Assembly: GCA_039714655.1 (NCBI GenBank)
Contig: JBDLIX010000007.1
Coordinates: 4,543-68,542 of the forward strand
Source: Bacteroidota bacterium
GTDB taxonomy: Bacteria > Bacteroidota > Bacteroidia > Bacteroidales > GCA-2748055
DNA: 64,000 bases
Reading direction: 5' to 3'
The notes below the pieces were generated by a model. It saw only the letters and a program-made list of their open reading frames with translations, was not told the DNA's origin and did no database searches. The position numbers were made by a program, and so were the translations under genes. Positions 57,750 through 64,000 of this stretch are shown here, piece after piece; the first letter of the stretch is position 1; each line of letters starts with the position of its first letter.

Positions 57750-58556
57750 TCAGATAAATAACAGTAAACTTAGCGCCATTACAGCCATCCCGGCCAAAAA
57801 ACCATATACAGAATGGTGAGGGAGACCATACTCCCTGGCAGTGGGAAGCAGTTCATCAATGGAGATGAACACCATGATCCCTGCCACACCGGCAAAGATA
57901 ACACCAAACAGTGTGTCACTCAGAAACGGCATCAGGATGAAATAGGCCAGCAGGGCTCCCACAGGCTCTGCCAGTCCAGATAAGAAGGAGAGGTAGAAAC
58001 CCTTCCTTTTGCTGCCGGTTCCGTATGAGATGGGAACCGATACTGCAATGCCTTCCGGAATGTTGTGAATGGCAATGGCCACCGCAATGGGAATGGCAAT
58101 GGATGTATCCGATAAGCCTGCCATAAATGTGGCGATCCCTTCAGGGAAATTATGAATGGCGATGGCCAGTGCGGTGAACATACCCATTCTAACCAGCTTA
58201 GGGTCTTTTTTCCCATTTTTGGATACATCTTCCACCCTCTTGATTTCGTGGGGGTTCTTCATGGCGGGAATGAGGCGGTCAATAAAAGCTATAATCAGGA
58301 TACCGGCAAAAAAAGCCAGAACCGTGTACCAGGTGGCAATTCTTTCACCAAAATCGGGTATCAGCGCCTCTTTGGCCTTCTGAAGAATTTCAACGAAAGA
58401 GACATAGACCATAACTCCGGCCGAGAAGCCCAGACTTACAGAGAGGAAACGGGTGCTTGTGGTCTTTGTAAAAAAAGCCAGGGCACTCCCGATACCTGTG
58501 GATAACCCGGCAAAAAGGGTGAGTCCAAATGCGAGCCAGAAATTACCCGATTCCAT
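57750..58556 (-). CDS. zupT: ZIP-family zinc/divalent metal transporter ZupT
   Basis: [38 protein letters not shown]. Confidence 0.93.
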   Translation of the reverse strand: MESGNFWLAFGLTLFAGLSTGIGSALAFFTKTTSTRFLSVSLGFSAGVMVYVSFVEILQKAKEALIPDFGERIATWYTVLAFFAGILIIAFIDRLIPAMKNPHEIKRVEDVSKNGKKDPKLVRMGMFTALAIAIHNFPEGIATFMAGLSDTSIAIPIAVAIAIHNIPEGIAVSVPISYGTGSKRKGFYLSFLSGLAEPVGALLAYFILMPFLSDTLFGVIFAGVAGIMVFISIDELLPTAREYGLPHHSVYGFLAGMAVMALSLLLFI

Positions 58557-58561
58557 AAGTG

Positions 58562-59440
58562 CTACTTTTTATCGGCTTTTCTCCCTTTTTTAGGGGCTTT
58601 TGGAATGGGTTCCTGTGAAAAGTATTTCGGATATTTCTTGGTCAGTACAATCATAACCAACCCGGCCAGTATGAATGGAAGGCTAAGCAATTGACCCATG
58701 TTGAACTGCATTCCGGCCTCGAAGGCCACCTGGTCGTTTTTCACAAATTCAATGAAAAAACGTGCTGCGAAAAGCAGGATCATGAACAGGCCGAAAATAA
58801 ATCCATCCCGCACCTTTAGATAACGCTTGCGGTAGAATAAAAAGAGCACAAAAAATATTATGATATAACTAAGCGCTTCATAAAGCTGTGTGGGGTGACG
58901 CGGAACCGTCTCCAGCAGTGCACCGGTATTTGAATCGTATAATTTATCCCTCACAAATTCGATGCCCCAGGGAAGATCAGTGGGCAAGCCATAGATCTCA
59001 GAATTAAAGAGATTTCCCAGACGAATAAAGGCACCTCCCAGTGCGACAACAATCACGATCCGGTCGATGAGCCAAAGAAAGGAGAGTTTATGTTTTCGAA
59101 TGTACAACCAAAGAGACAACAGGATGCCAATGGCTGCCCCGTGACTGGCCAATCCTCCTTTCCAGATCTTAAGGATCTCAATGGGATTTTTCAGAAAATA
59201 TTCGGGTTCATAGAAGAAGCAATGTCCCAGCCGGGCTCCGATTACCGTACCCACAGCAATATAGATCAGCAATTCGTCCAGCATTTCGGAGGTGAGCCGG
59301 TCGGTGGCAAGAAATCGGGTAAACACAATGTATCCGGAAAGAAAAGCGGAGGCAAACAGCAATCCATACCAACGGATGCTCAATTGGCCGATGCTGAAAA
59401 TCTCAGGATCTACATTCCAGGTGATGGCGTCTATTATCAT
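58562..59440 (-). CDS. lgt: Prolipoprotein diacylglyceryl transferase
   Basis: [52 protein letters not shown]. Confidence 0.96.
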   Translation of the reverse strand: MIIDAITWNVDPEIFSIGQLSIRWYGLLFASAFLSGYIVFTRFLATDRLTSEMLDELLIYIAVGTVIGARLGHCFFYEPEYFLKNPIEILKIWKGGLASHGAAIGILLSLWLYIRKHKLSFLWLIDRIVIVVALGGAFIRLGNLFNSEIYGLPTDLPWGIEFVRDKLYDSNTGALLETVPRHPTQLYEALSYIIIFFVLFLFYRKRYLKVRDGFIFGLFMILLFAARFFIEFVKNDQVAFEAGMQFNMGQLLSLPFILAGLVMIVLTKKYPKYFSQEPIPKAPKKGRKADKK

Positions 59441-59469
59441 AACAACGCGTGGATTTACAGATTAAGCTA

Positions 59470-59516
59470 CAAATATAATAACATTCCGGGTGTTTCACCT
59501 GAAGCATATATCTTTG
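59470..59516. promoter_or_regulatory. Back-to-back -7 boxes: TATATTTG (minus, 59470-59477, lgt operon) and TATCTTTG (plus, 59509-59516, Ig-like gene)
   Basis: Two exact TAnnTTTG matches in a 102-nt divergent gap. Confidence 0.6.
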
Positions 59517-59542
59517 TATGTTTGCATTAAATTGAAAAAAAA

Positions 59543-61360
59543 GTGTTGTACCGAACCCTGTACCTTCTGATGCTTGCTTTGGTTTGTTGGAACTGTGCCC
59601 AACAGGGATCTCCTACGGGTGGCCCCAGGGATGAAGATCCTCCCAGGGTCGTGGAGAGTGATCCTCCCAACTACTCTACCCGGTTCGAAGCCAAAAAGAT
59701 CATGATCAGTTTCGATGAATACATCGTGCTGGATAATGTAAACCAGGAACTTATCGTATCTCCCCCCATGGAGGAGAAACCTGAAGTAAAACTCAGGAAA
59801 AAGAGTATGGTGATCCAGTTTGAAGAAGCCCTGATGGACAGCACCACCTACACTTTTAATTTTGGAAGTGCCATCAAGGATCTCCATGAAGGGAATATAT
59901 TACTCAACTTTGAATATGTTTTTTCAACGGGAGATGTACTCGATTCTCTTTCGGTGAAGGGAACCCTTAAGTATGCCGGGGATCTTTCGGTTCCTGAAGA
60001 ACCGATTTCGATCCTGCTTTATGAAGATCTGAGGGATTCAGTCCCCCTGCTGGATATACCGCTCTATGTGGGAAGATCTGATGACAGTGGGGTTTTCAGT
60101 GTCAACAACCTGCGTGCCGATACCTTCAAAGTATTTGCTCTGAAAGACGGAAACAATAATTTACTGTTTGATCTGCCCACAGAGGAGATTGCATTCCTGG
60201 ATACCAGTTTAATTGTCAATGCCGAGTTTGCCCGCCTGCTCCTGGAAGAAGCCGGAATGTATGATACCATCATGCAGGATACAGTAGCGAAATTTGAGAT
60301 ACCAACAGCTATTCAGGATACCTCGGAAATTGCAAGAGACAGTATCATAGATAGGGGCCCCGACCTCAATTCCATTTATATCGACCTGCTGTTATTTACA
60401 GAGGAGACAGAGATCCAATACATTTCCGATTATTCAAGGGAAGAGAGGAGAAAACTCCAGATGGTATTTGCAAGACCATTGACTGATACGTTCCTCTACA
60501 GGCCCCTCTTGTCATTCAATGAAACATCCATAGAACTATTGGAATATTTCTCCCCGGGAAGGGACAGTCTGACTCTTTGGATCAGGGATTCCACAGATTA
60601 TAAAAAGGATACCCTCAGGATGGAGCTGAAATTTACAGTGAAAGACACCACCGATCAATTTGTGACAATGACAGATACGTTGTTATTTTCATACCGGGAG
60701 AAAAGCAGCAAAAAGAAAAAAGTGGATTCAGCTGAACAACAACCGGAAAAACTGGAGGTTTCAACTATTCGCAGGGGAGGGGAACTCGATTTGCACCGGA
60801 ATCTCCCCTTTGATCTTAACCTGCCATTGCTGCGGATCACGGATTCTTTAATCAGCTTATTTCATATACCGGATTCAGTGGAAATAGCGGAATCGTTTCG
60901 CGTGTTTCGTGATACCTCATTGTTGACCAGGGGTTGGATTTCGGCCGGGTGGGAATCGGCTGCTCAGTATAGAGTGGTTCTCTATCCGGGAGCCATTACA
61001 AGCATCTATCCCATGGAGCATGACACCGTTGATGTCACCTTTAAGGCGCGAGACATCGAATATTATGGTCAGATTCTGCTGAACCTGGAAAGTGTTGGGA
61101 ACCGGGTACTGGTTCAATTGATCCATAAGGATAAAGTGATTCGTGAACAGGAGGTTGATGTTTCAGGATTAATTACATTCAGTAATCTGGTTCCGCAGGA
61201 ATATGGAATTAAAGTAATTCATGATCTGAACGGTAACGGGAAATGGGATACCGGAAACTACATGGATAAATTACAACCCGAACCGGTAGAACTTCTTCCA
61301 AGGAAAATCACAGTGCGGTCCAATTGGGACCATGATGTGACCATGAAGCTGGAAAAATAG
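59543..61360 (+). CDS. Ig-like (Big_5) domain lipoprotein, conserved in Bacteroidota
   Basis: Lipobox WNC then AQQGSPTGGPRDEDPP, FDEYI, TTYTFNFG, C-terminal DLNGNGKWDTG. Confidence 0.8.
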   Translation: MLYRTLYLLMLALVCWNCAQQGSPTGGPRDEDPPRVVESDPPNYSTRFEAKKIMISFDEYIVLDNVNQELIVSPPMEEKPEVKLRKKSMVIQFEEALMDSTTYTFNFGSAIKDLHEGNILLNFEYVFSTGDVLDSLSVKGTLKYAGDLSVPEEPISILLYEDLRDSVPLLDIPLYVGRSDDSGVFSVNNLRADTFKVFALKDGNNNLLFDLPTEEIAFLDTSLIVNAEFARLLLEEAGMYDTIMQDTVAKFEIPTAIQDTSEIARDSIIDRGPDLNSIYIDLLLFTEETEIQYISDYSREERRKLQMVFARPLTDTFLYRPLLSFNETSIELLEYFSPGRDSLTLWIRDSTDYKKDTLRMELKFTVKDTTDQFVTMTDTLLFSYREKSSKKKKVDSAEQQPEKLEVSTIRRGGELDLHRNLPFDLNLPLLRITDSLISLFHIPDSVEIAESFRVFRDTSLLTRGWISAGWESAAQYRVVLYPGAITSIYPMEHDTVDVTFKARDIEYYGQILLNLESVGNRVLVQLIHKDKVIREQEVDVSGLITFSNLVPQEYGIKVIHDLNGNGKWDTGNYMDKLQPEPVELLPRKITVRSNWDHDVTMKLEK

Positions 61361-61374
61361 ATTTTAACCCTGGA

Positions 61375-62337
61375 TTAACGATCGAGATGTTTCCAGATCA
61401 ATGCAGCGGCACCCAGTACGGCGATGTTTTTTTTCAACAGGGCTGAGGGAACAATATCAATCTTGTCACGATAAATGGGGAACAGGTGCTCTTCCATGCT
61501 CTTTTTGGCAGGGTCGATGATCCATTTCCCAGCCTTGGCCAGTCCCCCGAAAAGAAATATTTTTGATGGACTGATGTGTGCCACCGAATCGGCCAGGCAC
61601 CTGCCCAGCAGGAAGCCGGTTCTTTCAAAAGCTTTGATGGCAATGGGATCGCCCGATTCAGCCATGGCTGTAATCAGTTTCGGTTTCAGTTTCGAAAAAG
61701 GAATCTTGCGAAAAGCACTTTCCACGTTCTCCTCGGCCAGAAGTTCGAAAACGGTACGTTTAATACCTGTTGCAGAAACGTAGGTTTCCATGCAGCCTCT
61801 TTTGCCACAACCACACTGCCTGCCATCAGCTACCGCCCTTACATGGCCCAGTTCTCCGGCAAAACCATCACTTCCATAGACCATATCTCCATTCACAACA
61901 AGACCACTTCCCAAACCGGTTCCCAGGGTAATCATGATGAAATTCTTAAGTCCGGCAGCATCGCCAAACAGCATTTCTCCGAGGGCGGCAGCATTGGCAT
62001 CGTTGGTAAGTACAGTGGGAACATGAAACTGATTTTCCATGAGTTTCACGAATTCAATCTTTCCCTTCCAGGCCAGGTTTGGCGCATTCTCGATGGAACC
62101 GGAATAGTAATTTCCATTGGGGGCCCCCACGCCTATTCCCACTATTTGAAAGGGAGTTTCCAATTGCTCCAGGCGATTCATGATGTGCTGATGAAACGAT
62201 TCGATGAATTGCTCTATGGTGCCATGTTCACGGGAACTGATCTCATCCTCCAAAAAGATTTTACCCGAACGGTCAACCAACCCGAATTTTGTATATGTTC
62301 CCCCTATATCAATTCCCAGAACAACTTTCTCTGCCAT
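61375..62337 (-). CDS. ROK-family sugar kinase (glucokinase-like)
   Basis: LGIDIGGT, NDANAAALGE, TLGTGLGSG, GELGH, CGCGKRGCMETY. Confidence 0.92.
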   Translation of the reverse strand: MAEKVVLGIDIGGTYTKFGLVDRSGKIFLEDEISSREHGTIEQFIESFHQHIMNRLEQLETPFQIVGIGVGAPNGNYYSGSIENAPNLAWKGKIEFVKLMENQFHVPTVLTNDANAAALGEMLFGDAAGLKNFIMITLGTGLGSGLVVNGDMVYGSDGFAGELGHVRAVADGRQCGCGKRGCMETYVSATGIKRTVFELLAEENVESAFRKIPFSKLKPKLITAMAESGDPIAIKAFERTGFLLGRCLADSVAHISPSKIFLFGGLAKAGKWIIDPAKKSMEEHLFPIYRDKIDIVPSALLKKNIAVLGAAALIWKHLDR

Positions 62338-62423
62338 CAATTTTCCCTGATTTATTATATGAACAAATGTAATAAATATCAACTGATTTGGTTAAATTAG
62401 CTGATATAACAAAAAGCAACGCC

Positions 62424-63239
62424 ATGACCAATTTTATTGTACCAATCGATTTCTCGGTGGATTCTTTGAAGGGACTTGAATGGGCCCTCCTCTTTTCACA
62501 GAAACAGACCATCAATATTCAGATGGTTTACGTGTTGTCCAACAACTCTAATTTTCAAACCACTGTTGTGGAGCAGGAACATAGATATGCTCAGGAAGAA
62601 TTTAAGAAACTGGTCCGCGAATATGAGCCCGGTCTTGGCAACAATTCAAAATTGAAGCACATCATAAAAAAAGGAAAAGTGTACCGGGAAGTGGTGAACC
62701 AGGTGAATTCTATTAAAAATGCGGTGGTTTCCACATCCACCCATGGAGCCTCGGGCTTTGAGGAGTTATTCATCGGCAGCAATGCACTTAAGATTATGGC
62801 TGCCACAGAGCAACCGGTTTTCACACTGAGGAATTCGCCTGTACCCGAACAGATCAACAAGATTGTGCTTCCAATTAAGCGAGATAAAGATACCAGGCAA
62901 AAAGTACCCATAGCAGCCGATGTGGCAGAACTTTTCGGGGCCGAATTGCATGTGATCACCATATCCACCAATAGGAATAAAAGAGACCTGGAGCGGTTAG
63001 AGTCCTATTCAAAACAGGCGGTTGGCTTTTTCAGTGCCAGAAAATTGAAAACCGTGACAAAAACACTGGTGGGGGAGAGTCTGCCCAACCTTACCTGCAA
63101 CTATGCCGAGGCTGTGAATGCTGATCTGATTACGATCATGTCCAGTGCCATTGACAAATGGAATGTATTTCTGGGGAGTTACGCCCAACAAATGATTAGT
63201 AAAGCAAGCGTGCCCCTGCTTAGCATCACGCCGAAATAG
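62424..63239 (+). CDS. Universal stress protein (tandem Usp domains)
   Basis: FIVPIDFS, STHGASGFEELFIGSNA, second domain ending LGSYAQQMI...PLLSI. Confidence 0.88.
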   Translation: MTNFIVPIDFSVDSLKGLEWALLFSQKQTINIQMVYVLSNNSNFQTTVVEQEHRYAQEEFKKLVREYEPGLGNNSKLKHIIKKGKVYREVVNQVNSIKNAVVSTSTHGASGFEELFIGSNALKIMAATEQPVFTLRNSPVPEQINKIVLPIKRDKDTRQKVPIAADVAELFGAELHVITISTNRNKRDLERLESYSKQAVGFFSARKLKTVTKTLVGESLPNLTCNYAEAVNADLITIMSSAIDKWNVFLGSYAQQMISKASVPLLSITPK

Positions 63240-63278
63240 CGGTACATTTTTTTCAGGATTAACACCTTTGGAGGAAAA

Positions 63279-64000
63279 ATAATAGCCACAAAGAGAGACC
63301 ATATCAAGGAGAACCTTGAGTTCCAGTTAAAGGCATTGATGGAAGCATTGCCTTTTGCTTCCTGGTTTAAGGATTCAGACGGGAGCTTCAATCAGGCCAA
63401 TGGAGCGTTGCTTCAACTCATCAACAAGGAGCTGCCTGAAGTAATAGGTAAAGGAAATCGTGAGGTCTACGATGAAGAGAATGCAAGGAAGGGTGAAAAA
63501 GCCGAGCGTGAAGTGCATAAGACAGGGAAGGTAGAAGAGACTACCTACTCCAGGGAGAAACACATTTTCAAAACGGTTAATTTTCCGGTATTTGACAAGA
63601 GTGGCAAGATCTTGGGTACGGGAGGCTACCAGGAGGATATTACCAACCTCACTGCTTCCTTGCAGGAGCTTCACCGAGAAAGAGAAACCCTTGAAGCCCT
63701 GCTGGAGACTATGCCCTTCTACATTTTTTTCACCGACCGGCATCACAGATACCTCAGGGTCAATAACATGATGGCCCGTTTACTTCGTGTTGCTCATCCG
63801 GAGGAGGCTGTTGGGAAAGATAATAATGAGTTCTTTTCAAAACGTGTGGCGAGAAAAATGCTGGAAGAGGACCGTTTGATCATCAGCACGGGAATGCCGA
63901 TCCTTAACAAGATCGTCTACTTTGAGGATGAAGGAGTAGATGGATTCTGGATGGAAAAGAACAAGATCGCAGTCAATGATGAACGGGGTATTACGACCAT
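63279..64000 (+). CDS. PAS-domain sensor protein (at least two PAS_4 domains), 3' end truncated; not in the ORF track
   Basis: Frame open from 63240 to the window end: LMEALPFASWFKDSDG...PVFDKSGKILGTGGYQEDIT...LLETMPFYIFFTDRHHRYLRVN. The start codon is uncertain (first ATG at 63339). Confidence 0.8.
   Translation, partial: MIATKRDHIKENLEFQLKALMEALPFASWFKDSDGSFNQANGALLQLINKELPEVIGKGNREVYDEENARKGEKAEREVHKTGKVEETTYSREKHIFKTVNFPVFDKSGKILGTGGYQEDITNLTASLQELHRERETLEALLETMPFYIFFTDRHHRYLRVNNMMARLLRVAHPEEAVGKDNNEFFSKRVARKMLEEDRLIISTGMPILNKIVYFEDEGVDGFWMEKNKIAVNDERGITT

Noticed and set aside
61576-62400. 274-aa plus-strand ORF antisense to the ROK kinase
   Set aside because: Fully overlaps a well-supported gene; no recognisable domain.
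1-64000. Mobile elements, CRISPR arrays, tRNA/rRNA, frameshifted or recoded genes, defence islands
   Set aside because: No transposase/integrase motifs, no spaced direct repeats, no tRNA T-loop signatures in gaps; all CDSs appear intact with the standard code.

Overview
A 64-kb housekeeping-rich chromosomal segment of a Bacteroidota bacterium, most likely Bacteroidales. The assignment rests on repeated TAnnTTTG -7 promoter boxes, orphan pheS, the dut-TPR-DUF4292-envC cluster, the DUF4271-hemD-rnpA order and alpha-2-macroglobulin-pbpC. It holds about 53 protein genes, with no tRNA, rRNA, CRISPR array, transposase, integrase or prophage visible. Three things stand out. (1) Several signals suggest the window spans the replication origin: a parS palindrome overlapping the mnmG stop codon, a second parS-like site inside polA, rnpA and mnmG nearby, and an AT-rich ~370-bp nadA/rpiB divergent gap with repeated degenerate DnaA-box-like TGTT 9-mers, around which wobble-position T/C bias appears to flip. 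dnaA itself is not in the window. (2) A 1385-aa fusion of an MggA-like GT4 glycosyltransferase, a ~450-aa unassigned domain and a divergent NAGPA/DUF2233 phosphodiester glycosidase faces a second MggA-like GT4 across hemW. This is a candidate uncharacterised sugar-phosphate or compatible-solute pathway. (3) A tightly coupled lgt-zupT-CDF-CDF-hemerythrin-LuxR metal/NO operon. Smaller items include a 57-aa two-helix membrane ORF missed by the ORF track, an intrinsic terminator abutting the rnpA start codon, and an ArsR-queD-polA operon with a candidate operator. All family assignments come from motif recognition by eye and from memory, and no database searches were run.
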